Positions 48,260-61,956 of a stretch of 64,000 nucleotides of DNA are shown piece by piece. A program made the position numbers and the translations under genes. Origin of the DNA: Basidiobolus meristosporus CBS 931.73 (lineage: Eukaryota; Fungi; Basidiobolomycota); contig MCFE01000049.1 in NCBI GenBank assembly GCA_002104905.1, positions 124,001 through 188,000 on the forward strand. Reading direction: 5' to 3'. Within the stretch, counting starts at the first letter, position 1. Each line of letters opens with the position of its first letter. Under the pieces are notes generated by a model, which saw only the letters and a program-made list of their open reading frames with translations, was not told where the DNA came from and did no database searches.

Positions 48260-51200
48260 ATGGCTACGGCAACACCTTCCCAACAAACGCCTTCATCGCA
48301 AAAGCTGATGTCTCTCAATGAGCAAACCTGGCTGCAACTAGGTACATTGCACTGGAAATATACATTCTTTTCGTATACTGAATTTTACAACCAGGTGGCC
48401 TAGCAGAGCTCATGCAAGAGTTTGACCGTGCCATGAATGCATACGAGGCTACTCTACGACACAATCCATATTCAGTTCCCGCTCTTACTCAAATCGCCTC
48501 TTTATGCAGAGGTAGAGAGCAATTCCCCAAGGTTTGCCTTTTAGGAAGTTAGTAGTCCCCTTTGTTTAGCTCTGTACTGATAGGCAGACACAACTTAGGC
48601 TGTTGAATATTTCCAGCGGATCCTTAATATCGAGCAAAACAACGGGGAAATATGGGGTGCTCTGGGCCATTGCTATCTCATGATGGATGACTTGCAGAAG
48701 GCATATACTGCATATCAGCAGGCGCTCTATCACCTTTCTAATCCAAAGGTATTGCACAAATACACTCGCACTTTCACCTCTATATATACATATATGCTTA
48801 CGTGCCACTCCAGGAGCCTAAGCTTTGGTACGGAATCGGAATCCTTTATGATCGGTACCAGTCGCTGGAACACGCCGAGGAGGCATTCTCAGCTGTATTA
48901 CGAATGGATCCGAAATTCGAAAAAGCCAACGAGATATATTTCCGACTTGGAATCATTTACAAGCAGCAACAAAAGCATGATCTGAGTTTGCAGGTGGATT
49001 CCTAGTAATATATTTTCCCTGTTTGACTTTATTGTAACACCCGAAAGTGTTTCCAATACATCCTTCGCTCGCCTCCTCGCCCCCTTACCGAGGTAGACAT
49101 ATGGTTTCAGATTGGCCATGTTTATGAGCAACAAAAGGAGGTATGTACTGTCACAGATAGCATTGAACGCCCAGTATCTAATACGACTCGTTGTTGCTGA
49201 TAGTATCAACGTGCTAAAGAAGCGTACGAAAGAGTGCTGTCCGAAAATCCCACTCATGCCAAAGTTTTGCAACAGCTGGGGTGGCTTTGCCATCAACCAA
49301 ACACCCCCTTTGCTAATCAGGATAGTGCAATTGGCTACTTGACTAAATCACTTGAAGCTGGTATGTACCATCTGATGTATAACAGGCTTTTCCATGACCA
49401 TTAATCTTGTTTTAGACAGTACCGATTCTCAGTCATGGTATCTGTTGGGTCGCTGCCACATGGCCCAGCAGAAGTACAACAAAGCATATGAGGCATACCA
49501 GCAAGCAGTGTACCTAACCAACATAAGCTCATATTGATTTCATAAAGCTAACCGTTTGTTCTTAGCTACCGTGATGGCAAAAATCCCACTTTCTGGTGCT
49601 CCATTGGTGTTCTCTATTACCAAATACAGCAGGTGAACCTTCAACTATTTGAAACCTTTGTTGTTCTACGTTGCATACACATTCTAACCGACGCTTGATA
49701 GTATCGTGACGCATTGGATGCCTACAGCAGAGCAATTAGGCTCAATCCTTATATTAGTGAAGTTTGGTATGACCTGGGCACCTTATACGAGTCATGCAAC
49801 AACCAAATCAATGATGCAATCGATGCATATCAACGTGCTGCTGAACTTGATCCCAACAACCCCCATATAAAGCAAAGGCTGCATCTGCTAAAAAATGCTC
49901 AAGCTGGAGGGTAATACGATCATGAAGTTACCTTTCGGATCAACTCTAACTATTCAGGTATCTAGTCCACCAAGCAACACTGCGCCTGTCCCCCAGGATG
50001 TCAATCTATTTGCGTATCAGAATAGCGCCGCATCAGTGGGCCCCCCACCTCAGTTTGGCCAAGTATGTCAGATGTCAATAGGCTATTTCTCGATTTTTGG
50101 CATTCATAACTGTGACTTTCAGAGTCTAGGGCCCTCTTCGCATGGGGCACCACTGAACATGCCCGATTGCCCTCCAAGACCCCAAGACGCAAGATATGGA
50201 GAGCATCGTCCACCTATGGTATGCGTGTTGCATACTCATTACCTATCATGTGTAACTAATATAATTTAAGTCTACTCCGCCCAACCAATCACCAATGGTT
50301 AGAAAAGATATGATTACTGGCCCGCCTCCAGAGCCAACAAGTTTTGCAAGGCGTACACCACCGTCGTTTGGTCCACAATCCCGTGCATATTCCCAGAGAA
50401 TCCCTGAGACACAAGGTGGAAATAGAGGACCATATGACTTAGATGGAAGATTGCAGCCTTACTCAAGCCCTCAACAACATCTGAAGCCTTTCAACAATGA
50501 TAACTACTCCCCTGGCACCCCCCAAGATTACCAAATGTCACCTAAGCCATCGAATGGTGCATCCCCTGCCATGAGAAGCGCTCATCATATGCAGCCTCCT
50601 CTTAGGGATTCGTCGTTTGGAGAATGGAAAAACGAGGGTGAAATGGACAAAAGCATAATTAAGCAAGAACCTTTGAATCGCATGAATCCATATCACAGAA
50701 GAGAACCCCAAGCTTTTGGATCCCCTAGGACCCGCCCAAATGAGTCTCCGCACAATACAGATCCGATCAGGAAATCAATGGGCCCGGGTATCCCCACCTC
50801 TTCACCCATACCCGGTATGATAGATCAAAAGAGCCATTTGTTATCGTCTGGTGACAGAAGGTTAGTCAGCACTTGACATGATATTTCACCCCATCATAAG
50901 CACCATTCTAATATAGTGGAAATAGCCCGGTTGGTGGAATTCAAGACAATCGAGCACTGGCATCATCACCTGCACCAATAAGCAACGACGCTAGACACCC
51001 AGATATCAAGAGAACAAGCATACCGCCTGAAATCCGTGGCATCAGAGAAAGTCCTAGCCCGCATCGGGCACATCTTGAGAGAGCTAACGGCTCCAACTAC
51101 TCTCCTATTCCCGCACGGTCCGATAATCCCAGCAGCATGAATATGGCTGCTCGCCAAGCAGATGAAGATTACGACGCAGCACCACCAGTGGGTATTAACG

Positions 51201-51368
51201 ACAAGATGCGAAGTGTTGGCAAACAATCAGATATGAATGAAGTAAGGAATAGTTGGAGTTCACTTAATAGCAGAGTAGAGCGCAAACTAACAATTCATAT
51301 AGGGTTATACCCCAGAGCACAAACCAGATTCCATACCTTTAGGGGAACAACATCACCGGTCACCATAA
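48260..51368 (+). CDS. SSN6: General transcriptional corepressor Ssn6/Cyc8 (TPR protein), multi-exon
   Basis: TPR exons (LWYGIGILYDRY; EIYFRLGIIYKQ; YRDGKNPTFWCSIGVLY; YISEVWYDLGTLYESCNNQINDAIDAYQRAAELDP), Pro-rich tail with ADEDYD motif; GT-AG introns. Confidence 0.95.
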
Positions 51369-52906
51369 CAAGCAATGCCGCAAGCAAATATCAAACAGCC
51401 TTGAAGTTCGAGTTCCTAGAAAGCTTTAGATCGTTCAACAGTAAAATATTCCATTTTGACAGGGTATCTATGACAGGATCTATTTATATTGGGGGGCTTG
51501 GGGACTTTGTAAACACCTCTCTCAATCTACGAATTGACTACTATTTACTGTGGACAATAACGGATTAATTGGTCAGTTGGGGAGCATCTTTCCATTTCCT
51601 TGAGAGGTATCTCATGCAGGCCTTCATGTTGTTGAATATGCACCCATAGCTGTACATGATTTACAATTTTAGACCTGTGGATTGATATCTAGTGCAAGCG
51701 GTGTGAAGGAAATCCCTTTCTTGCTATATTGAATGTAGATAAGATTAGAACTGATCAATTGACTTAATCTGGAACCTTCATGAGGCCTTCATTTGCATGC
51801 AACGTGAGCGTAGGCCAAACAAAACCCATTTTCCACATATTGAGGTATGTCCAGTACTTCAATAGCAAGAGGCTGCTTTGGTGTGTAAATTGATTCCCTT
51901 TTTTGATTCATACACCATTGGATTGATCCCACACGATATTTGATCTGCTATTCATATTTAGTCTGTTGGTATGAGCTTTGACATGGGGTATGTTCCATGA
52001 ATCGATGGAACACCTTACACCATCCTCAATCATCAGTACCCAAGTCACCCATCGTTGAGGTGACTCCTGTTTGGGCTATGTCTGCGTTTAGTAGCCACTT
52101 TTTGTTTGGATCGATAACAGCAATACGTAGAAACCGGGAAATCCATAATCGGTCAAGTCGAGCTCAGATGGCGACTTGGTGAAGAAATCTCGAATGCTAA
52201 CGCGATGTGACCAAAGGAATCTGCGATGGCCGGTCTATTTGAACCATGGCATTGTGGATCGGCCATTAGCATAGGAGCAAACTCTCTTGTCAGCAATACA
52301 GTACCTGCCAAATCATTTGCATTGTGGCCAGTGCCTCAAACCAGGGGGCAGCATTATCGGAATGCGTCTCTCTCTCGCCAGCTCGCACGGCTAGATTGCC
52401 TTATTTACACCACCCAGCCAAGAAGCATAGCCCCACTGATAAGTCAATCCACCTGCCACCGCTAATGCAGCGAGATCCTAGCCGGGTAATGGCCAAACTT
52501 CCGCACGTTTTTCAAATCGAATTTTCCATGCGGTTGTCAGCATCGAATTCCCCCCCTCCCCCCAAAAAAAAACCCACATCACCCGCTTCGTACAGCGTAT
52601 GACGAATTCGTGGAATAGACGAATTGTCCTGGGCCTGAGTTCTCTGGATATTATAAGAAATCCGAGCATGGACTGATTTGATTAATCAGTGCCAGTTCTC
52701 AACTAGATCTCAGATAGTCTAGGTTCTGGGGTACCCAATGATTGCGAGTGTTCCTAGGCTTTATCAGTGAAAATAATTTAGGGGTGGTCCCTATCGATGT
52801 AGAGTCACGTCACTTGATTCCAAGATCATTTACCTGACACGATAGAGGATGAGAACGCGATTTCTTGCTTTCACATCGATCTTGATAAGTCGTATTATCT
52901 GTGGAA

Positions 52907-55582
52907 ATGGAGGACGTCTCAAATAATAGTGCTGCGGGGCTTAATAACGTAGCCCATGATACCAAATTAGATGAATCCGTGGATGATATGAACGCTAATA
53001 AAGAAGGAGAGCAATCAATTAACCCCGCCCATCAGAGAATCGTTGAAGAGTTCCAGTATTTATTGGAGAAAAGCCAACAGCTATTCGCTGGTTTAAGGTA
53101 TTGGAGAGAGTCAGATGGGGTAGTGTTTCGCTTGTTCATGGTATTCACACGTTTATCTCCCACAGAGAACTCTCTCCTACTGGCGGACGTCAGTGGCAGC
53201 CCTATTTTCAACGTACTTTTGAAATCTACACCAAGGTAAGCATATATTCCATCGCCACCAATATACGAAGCGATGTATTAATCAGGTTGATTTCGATCCA
53301 GCTATGGAAGTTCCAGCAACAGCATAGGTACCTCGCATTCTGTTCGTATCCAGCAACCTCTTGGAGAATACTGATCGTTTTTATTTAGGGCTGTTCTTGA
53401 GAACAAAGATAACTACGGCCTGAAGCGGTGGGAGGTCGGCGAGGTCGCCTCAAAGATTGGCCAGTTGTATTATCACTACTAGTGAGTACATCTATTGAGG
53501 CGACTTTCTATTGCCTATGGTACTAATTGCTTTCAATATTTTCTAGTTTGAGAACCAGCGAGACAAATTACTTGCAAGAGTCTTATGTCTTTTATGAAGC
53601 CATACGTGAAAGGGCGTACTTCAAAGATGTTCTTGATTCAAAGAAGTATGTCAAGGGATCCTTAGCTTTAAAAGTTTATACTCATGATTTTTGAAACAGC
53701 CCTGCTTTGATGATCAAGAAATTAAGATACTACGCCCGCTTCATTGTGGTCTGTCTTCTTCTCAACAAGAGAGCCTCCGTACGTAAATTGCTTTCAGAGC
53801 TGACAGTGTTTGTGGAGGATTATGCCAAAACATTCAAGTCTTCCGATTCGTCGGAATGGCAGTTAGTCCTACAGGAGATATCTACCTTCCTAGAGGTAAG
53901 TCAGTACCATTTTGGTCCAGTGTAGAGTATTTCCACCAACCCATCCCTTAGGCGGAGAAGCATTTGATCCCGGTCACTCCAGAAGGTGCTGCGCTACCCT
54001 TCTCCAACCGACTTGGGTTGGAAAAAGTTTCGCGTTCGGAGAAGGATGGTCCTAAAATGAAGTTGCAGGAGGCAATCTTGGTTGGAAATTGCCAAAACCA
54101 AGTAAGCATCCATTTAACGATACCACCTGTGCTTTCAGTATTAACATTCGTGAATTACAGATCAAGTTCTCCGAGCTCACGCTGGATATGTACAGAATGT
54201 TGCAATCTCTTGGTACAGTAGCTCCGATCATGTCATTTGTTGGGAGCTTGCATTCATACTCACGTATCCTTTAGAGAGAGAACCCGTAGGCTCCAAGACC
54301 ATGGCTAACACTGAAGGATCCGGTAACGCGGACAAATCCCATCATCGTGAGGAGGGATCACTTGAAGATCAAGTTAATGCACCTCCGTCCAGCTCCAATG
54401 ACAAGTCAACCGCCCGTAGAGTTAACCCTCACAAATTCCTATTGTATCGCCCTAACTACAGCCAGCTCGTAGTATATCTTGCTAATGCCTTCAAGGTAAA
54501 TGCCCTGTGCGTCTTCTATCCTGAATGCATTATTCACGCACTCTTAGGAAATTAACGATAACTCAGCCTTATTACTTTACCTGTCAGCTGATGGTGTAAA
54601 GGTCGAGCCATCCGCCAACAACTGTAAATATCAATTTGATGTCGTTTTCTAAGCAACTTCACTAATGGATCCCTCCTGAATAGCATATTCTGGCGGTGTT
54701 GCTACCGCGCATCGGAAGGTCTCGGAAAAGAGTGAGGCTTCAGACGTTAACGCGTTGACCCATTGCCTTCATCCAGAAGACATCCTTCCTTTCACCAGAA
54801 AACCTCTTTTCCTTATTGTTGACAGCAACAATAGCCAGGCATTCAAGGTATGCTGAAATCACCAAGATCCCTCCAGACCTCGTCTTAATCCTTTGCACTA
54901 CAATCGGTTAGAATATCTGGACTCCCTTTAACCAGCCATTCATGTGCCTTCTCTCTCCCGCCGAGTGTCCAATCAAAGGTTGCTTGTGAGACTATTGCCT
55001 ATCCATAGTGCCAATGCTAATTGGGTTTTCTAGACATTGCTCAAGTTGGAAACCTTTTCACCCTGTTTCTGCACTCCCCTCTACTCGGCTTCAGCTTTGT
55101 TTCGCAACTCACTCAAATCACCGCATCTGACTGGGCTAAGTGCACCGACATTGTTTCCGCGCTTGAGGATGAGATAGGGGAACTTTTGTTATCCGCGCAA
55201 CTCGGTTAGTTTGGTGCCTCTGGATCGGGGTTAAGGAAACATGCTAACATCGATTCCATCCAGACAAAGCCACCAAATTCTTGCAAGATGATTTCCTTCG
55301 TAGATTCGTTACTCGCTTTGTCTTCTGCTACGCCGTTCTCACCTGTCACAACAGTTTCAACGAGCCTACGGTATGTCGATTTACGATGCCTGCTACACAG
55401 CAGCTGCTAACCCCAACAAATGTGCCTAGCATTTCCCAACCGCCTCTCCGGCTATTCCCGAAGAAATCCTAAGCTCACCCAAAGTGATGCAGGCAATCAA
55501 GGAGCTAGTCTCGCTCACAAACTCACAGTCCCATTACAACTTCCCGAAGGAGCCCACCTCGGAGGTCATGGATCAAAGCTAG
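52907..55582 (+). CDS. SCAI: SCAI (suppressor of cancer cell invasion)-family protein, multi-exon
   Basis: Spliced translation IVEEFQYLLEKSQQLFAGLRELSPTG..FQRTFEIYTKLWKFQQQHR..GLKRWEVGEVASKIGQLYYHYYLRTSETNYLQESYVFYEAIRER matches the SCAI N-terminal signature; later NPHKFLLYRP and LHPEDILPFTRKPLFLIVDSNNS. Confidence 0.9.
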
Positions 55583-56192
55583 ATTAGATGGTAGTTTAAT
55601 CAGGAGGGGGAAGGAGCATTACAAGACGACCCACCTTTTCGTTTATTTCCCATAGTTGCTCGTATGTTAAATCGATACAATTCAGTTGATGTAAATTTAA
55701 ACAATCCCTTGCTTCAACGGTGCACCGCCTGGGCAGATCGATGGGCCTTCCCGGGTTGGTGTATTCATTTGAACGATTCTATTAAAAATAAATGTGATAC
55801 GTCCATGCCGTTCGATTTGGTTTTCGCGCATGATACCCATCGCCCGTTCGTGGCAGATGATTGGAGGAGTCATTGGTTTATTTATACATATCCCAGGTTT
55901 ACAGGTGGTATCGATGAGATATGTCCAACAGAAATTAAGATTTGGCTACAAAAGGCTGGTATAAATTGGCCGCGAATAGTGACATGGAAGGGACGTCAAA
56001 AGCTTTCCCGGATGGCGGGAGGTTCTATGAGCACCCGACGGAACGGTTGGAAAGGGAGGGGGGGGGGTCGGTGGAGAAACAGGTCGATGACGCGGTATCG
56101 AGAATTCATGAAGAATGAAGGGTTAATTACAAAATTGTGGGTCGACATGGGCTTACATTAGTGGTGGCGGGCAGCAACGGGAGATGTGCCCA

Positions 56193-57533
56193 TTAGATTT
56201 GACCAAGAAACCATTTTCTAACTATCGCACTTCCGCCGATGATGGGGTGGAGCAGGACGTAGGCTAAGAAGTATTCCAGACCCTTCCTACGGCCTTCGAT
56301 GAAATCCGGGTTGAACCTTCCCACCGTCTTCTTCTCGGGTAGCTTCGGGATCCCTTTCTTGAATGGCTTGAAGTACTTGATGACCAGTTTTCTTAGCATC
56401 ACAAACTCCGAGTACCGCTTCTTGACCGTGATGCTACCGCCCCGAGAGGTTTTCGTTATGCAGGTATAGGCGGTGTACGAACCGACCCCTTTCCCTATCT
56501 TCACCGGGTTGGTCACCGTCACATCCTCGGCGAATACCTCGGACTGATGATAATTCTCGTATTCGAAGTTCGCCTCGACCGGGGAGAGATCCGGCGTGGA
56601 GTATTCGCTCTAGGTTTCGAGGTTAGGCTGGTTAGTACAGGAAACATTCGGTGGAGGCAGCTTTCGCGGGTTCTAATTACCACGTTGTCATCCAATCGTG
56701 CATTTTGGTATGAAGCCAGGGATAAATTCGAGTGGTTGTGTCGGTTCCCAGTCTCGTAAAAGAACTCCTCGCTTTCCTCGTCGCTTTCCTTGTAAGAGGA
56801 CATGAGAAGGAGCGCGCTAAGCTTGCTGCTCAGGGCCAGGTTTGTTTTCCGTATAGGGGAGATGTCGTCGGTGAGAGGGTCCAGGAGCTGCTCCTCTTTC
56901 GCCATATTGGTTGGGCTCGGTTTGCGGAAAAAATCACAGTCGGCTAGACAATCGGTAATCCCCGAATTCAAGGTACCCACCTGGTTTTTGATGACTGGAA
57001 AGAAGCCCGGTCAGTTGAGCCGTGAGGAAGGGCCAGTGACAGATAATTACCCTCTATGGCCTTGTTTAGGGTTTGCTCAAGCTCTTTGATAGTCAACTCC
57101 ACTTCGGTCGCGTACTGTGCGGTGTACTCTTTGTCCTTCAGGTTGGAGTACATCTGGTTCAAGGTCTTGATATCCTCGCACACCTGCTTCCGAAGCTCTA
57201 GAACTAATAGGAAACGCAGGTTGGGGTGAGAAGAGGCAGGAAATTGCACGGAAAATGGGGACTACCTTGAAGGCACGAGGAGAGATTGTTGATGTCGGCG
57301 TTCATCAAAGTATCCGAATCACAACCCTCACCACTGCGAGATTTCGTGAGATGCTCGAGGGAGCGTTTCCGGATCATATCATCCGAGGTTTTGTGGAGCA
57401 AGACTGGGTCGAGGAATCTCGTGAGTGGCCTGAATCATGGGGGAGGGGGGGGGGTGAAAACCATCGACTTACCATTGACATGACACGAAATATCGATGAA
57501 CTCTTGAACGTTGTCACACAGTCTGTTCGTCAT
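56193..57533 (-). CDS. Coiled-coil N-terminus + C-terminal PX-domain protein (Ypt35-like PX), 4 introns
   Basis: PX motifs YTAY...KKRYSEFVMLR...PKLPEK..GRFNPDFIEGRRKGLEYFLAYVLLHP. Exons join in frame from MTNRLCDNVQEF through canonical introns. Confidence 0.82.
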
Positions 57534-59171
57534 GAGACTAGATGCTACGAGGGCTGCTATGAACGAAAGATAACTTTAAAGGGGATAACGAAATAGGAAA
57601 ATGGGAACGAAAGATGGCGAGAGGGTGGAAGGCGATTGGAATCCACAATAAAAGGGAACAATTCGAATGAAAATATCAGAATCACCCACTTGGCAGACAA
57701 ATACCATCCAGAAGAGGAGCAATAAATTGCCTTTTGATCAAGATGATTTCTTGGAACCTCAACCTTATTGGTAAATCCTACAATAAGTTTAATTTCCTCT
57801 GCACATCGAAATCCGCACAAATGGAGGTTCATGCGTGCGGCCGATTGATAAACAGATGAATCATCGTTCATTTGTCGTAGGCGCGCCTCAACAACAAATA
57901 ATGGCTTCAGATTGCGTTGGAGACAAAGGGGTTTGTTGTGGGCGAAGCGAAGAAACCATGGAGTTCGTGGCAAATACAGAGCAAGGCGTTCCATTTTCCG
58001 AATCAGTCAGATGACAGATACACGTCTCATCCGCACTAACATTAAATACAGCGCTGCCAAGAAAGGCCGGTGGTTAACGTAGTATTGTGGCCCTGTCCCG
58101 TACCCAGCCTCCCTCCAGCCCCGATTTGCCGACCAGAACGCCAAGATCCTTTCCTCCATCGAAGGGCCTACTGGCTGCAGGCCTCGCCTGATGCGCTTCG
58201 CTCACCTGGCGTTATCTGCTCTTACCATCAAGCCCATCTAGATGCTGACGATTGGCTTGTGAAAGGTGGGACAGATTCTTTCCAGAGAGGTTCCCGCCCT
58301 GCCCGAGCCAATCACAGCTGCCAGTCCAGTTGGTGAGCTCGCCCTCTCATCGTGATACTCGGTACACGCTCTCGAGAATCCCACCCGCGCTGATTGTATG
58401 TCCAACCTGCTTGGTGGCCACTCTTGCGTCAATCCTCTACCAGCGCTGGTATCCGATGCGATGCACATGTCACCCTTGCACAGAGGTCATACTAGTCTTT
58501 GGATGATGTCCATTTCCAAGTGCGGTAGATCCCAGTGGAGTTGACTCGGACGGTGAGCTAGTGAGCCTGAGCATTGGCCAAGTTTCAACCCGTCTAGGTC
58601 CAGCCTGGCCATGTGACGGCTGGCGGTGTCTGTCGGTCTGCTTTAACTGGGTGATGTGGGAGCCGACGGCAGTTGAATCAGCACTCGGTGCGTGGCTTCC
58701 GCTACATTCATTTGCTAGTGCTCCCCAGGGCAATGCACTCGTTACTCAGATGCAACTGTCCTCTGATTATTAGGGCCGCTAGCCGCCATCAATTAGATCT
58801 GCCGAAGACATGTTGGTAGACAGCCGCAAGGGCAGTGACAATACAAACACGACCGTCCATATCCCGTGTGTATACTCAGCTGGACATTGCGCACACATGA
58901 AAAGAAGTCTCGTGCATCGGGACAGTTTCAAATTCAAGCGAGAGGCAACATCTGGTTAGTGTCCATGATGCAGCAACGGCGAGCCCAGGGCATGATTTTG
59001 GCCCTCGGTGGCTTTATTTTCCTAGACTTCGATCTGCCATTGGCCCTGCGTCAAGTCACCTGCCCCTCGTTGGAGGAAGCAGTATTGTTTAGACTTTATA
59101 AAAGCCCGGCCGTTACGATCACACCAGCTCCAGTTTGCCTCTGCCGCACCTACTCTTTACCAGTTATTATC

Positions 59172-59509
59172 ATGACTAGAACCAAATCCAGCACCTCTTT
59201 TGCCGCCCTAACCGGAGAGCGCCACTTCAATAGGTATTCTTGGGCGATGTGGATTTCATGAATGCTCTCGTTCTCATTGTTTTCAGATCAGGGTACCAAG
59301 ACCCTAGGGGGCTTCCAAAGAAAGAGGGAGCTGGCGGCTACAATTGGGGCCGCCCCACCGACGAGATTGCTGCCATAGGAGACCTAGACGCATTCGCGAA
59401 TTCGTACCCCTGGGAGGAATATGATGAGCAGCCGACCAGAAGACGCTCTTCCGAGGCGAAAATCAACACCATGGATTCCAAGGTGTTCGAAAGCCTTCAC
59501 GGCCACTAG
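59172..59509 (+). CDS. STF2: Stf2/Tma10-like small protein (HABP4/PAI-RBP1-related motif), 2 exons
   Basis: MTRTKS...RSGYQDPRGLPKKEGAGGYNWGRPTDEI; 53-bp intron 59234-59286. Confidence 0.8.
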
Positions 59510-60331
59510 GCCGAGCATGGCTTTTGATTTGTCTAAATGTTAAATTCCCCTGTACATTCCCCTCCCCAACCACCGATCAGATCTTGAGCATGTTCACATT
59601 TGAAGTGCAATATTGGATATGAGCCATACTTATCTGCCGTCCTCAATAAACTGCTCCGAAGCGACCAGCTTCTGAAGCAAACCCAGCCAGCCTCCCCATG
59701 TCTCTTGGCCATCCTGAAGCAGCGCTGTTGGCCACGAGCATTCATATCATCACCACTGGCCACCAAGCCTCCCAGTATCTCTTCGCACACACTCACCACA
59801 CTCAACTGTGCAACCCGATTAGGAAAATCGACTCAGGAAGCTCCTCGGGTGACGTTGAAACCTCTCCTGTCAGCCAATCACACGGCAACATCAACTCACA
59901 CGACTACGACCATGAGAATCGCATCGTCACGATCACGAATGCTATGGCACAATGGCTCGCTTGCATTTGTAATCTAGCACGGGTCGGAGGGGCTCTGATG
60001 GCCACCGCCCGGTGTACCTTCGAGAGCCAGTGGGAATGACCCCACCGGTTCCATGATGAGCAGGCATTTGGGAAAATTGGATATATATATTATAATTGAG
60101 GGAGGAGGGAGATATTTCAAGGAGCGCGTGTCAACCTGATCAGGCTGGCAGGTCCGAATCTATAGATGAGCTCTACAATTAAGAGTGAATATGACGGGAT
60201 AAGTGAATACAAAAATGGATCAACTGAGGCTTGGCCATCCGGCGTAGAAGCATCGAGTAATAAAATAGAAAGGCAGCATGGTTGGTGGGGCGTGATGCAA
60301 TGGGTGGTTGGGCCGGTCCTAGCATGGGTAT

Positions 60332-61956
60332 CTACGAGCGGACGCAGCGTCGGATATTCTCGACGATCTCGTTCTCCTCCTTGGGGCTGAACAGGAACGA
60401 CGCGTGGTCCAGACCGGAAAACACCCGGCAATGAACATTCGTGTCGTTAAGATACTGCGCAACGGCCTTCGTCGGCACCAACAGGTCATTTTCCGACAGG
60501 TAGACAAAGGTCTTCTTCGGGATGCTCACGCGGTCGGTTAGCAGCAAGGAGTGGAACCAGACGAAATACCGGCTGATGAAGTTGCTGATGAACAGCTCCT
60601 TGGATGCGTAAAAATGCAGAAAGTGCTCTCGGGCGGTCTTTGGCACGCGGTAGACGAAGTTGTAGGCGACGGATGGGTAGAACAGCAGGAAGCATATCGG
60701 GTCGATGAAAAAGGCGCTTTTCACCCGTTTGCTGTGGTGATTCACCATCCAGGACACCACGATGGTGCCAAGAGAATGTCCAACGAAGCAGGCATTGTTG
60801 AACCCGTGTGCCTCCAGCATCATCTCTATTTCACGACCAAGCTCCTCCATCGATGGTGCCTCTTCAATAAACCTCATGCTTACATAGGGTAGCTCTACCA
60901 GGAACACTGGTTGGCCTAGCTTGATCAACTTCCAGATGAACATCAAATAGCAGCCCAGACCGGCCCCAATCCCATGGATAAATACGATAGGCTTCGCCTT
61001 GGTGCTTCGCTGTCTCGAGCTCAGGCCGAACCAAGATTTCGCAGGGTCATAATACCAGTATGGCAAAGCATACTTCTTGCCGCCAAACTCCGCCTTCAAA
61101 TCAAACTCCAGCGACTCTGACCAGAAACTGGCTTGCTTGCTTTCATCTTTGGTGAAGTTACGGAAACCAAGAAAGCTCAGTAGGAACTTGGAGGTGAAAT
61201 CCACGGCGAACACGCACTAGACAAGGTGTTGCGGGGTGAGTACAGAGTTAAAAAGGGCTCTTTAGCCATCAGGTACGTACTGTATAAAAGATTAAGGGTC
61301 GGTGTATAGCATTCACCGGGTCTATGTTCAACCGAATGCATTTAGCTTTAGGGTTGTACCCAGGTGGGAATTTGATACCCTTTTCGGCCTCAATTAGGTA
61401 GACCATTTCGTTGAGCTCCTGGACTATTTCGGGATCCTTAGCCAAGGTCTCGAACGAGGTTGTGAAGAAAACCCAGCTCAACCTTTGGAATTGGGGCAAA
61501 GCCGTGTGAGTTACTCGGTTGACAGGACGTGAAGTGGTAGGCTTACCATGCGACTAGATTCTCTCGATATATATCGGCCATCTTGGTTTTGTATTGGCCG
61601 TTGTCAAACCAGCTCTCCAGAAAGCTGTCCACATCGACAACCTGGCTCAAACAGCTTTTCAATAGCTCCATACGCTTGGTTTTGGGTAAACTAACGGGAG
61701 GTCTTATCTTCTGCAATCTGCTGCGAGTGGACAGAAACCAAAAGTAAAACAATATCTCGAAAGCAAACCACCAGTGTATCAGTTGAACCAAATGCCCCGG
61801 TACGCCGGGTAGTAAAGGTAGTTCTTTAGGTGGGCTGATGCTACCTCTTGAGTATAAGCAGTATCCAAAGTACAGGAACGAGGTTACTGTGACACTGGAC
61901 AGTCCCACGACTGAGAGTCTGACTAGGAAGCGGGAAAGAGGAGAGTCGGGAAACAT
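60332..61956 (-). CDS. Alpha/beta-hydrolase-fold protein with N-terminal hydrophobic segment, 3 exons
   Basis: IVFIHGIGAG oxyanion region, GHSLG nucleophile elbow, END and DH acid/histidine candidates; exons in ORFs 61543-61980, 61269-61499 and 60332-61213. Confidence 0.87.

Noticed and set aside
55664-56161. 165-aa plus-strand ORF
   Set aside because: Lies between the convergent 3' ends of SCAI and the PX gene; low-complexity composition and no domain.
57255-57994. ORFs 57255-57596 (+) and 57557-57994 (-)
   Set aside because: The first is antisense to PX exons 1-2; the second has no homology signal and overlaps the likely promoter.
59600-60039. Overlapping 113-125-aa ORFs downstream of STF2
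   Set aside because: No recognisable family or splice structure; cannot be supported.
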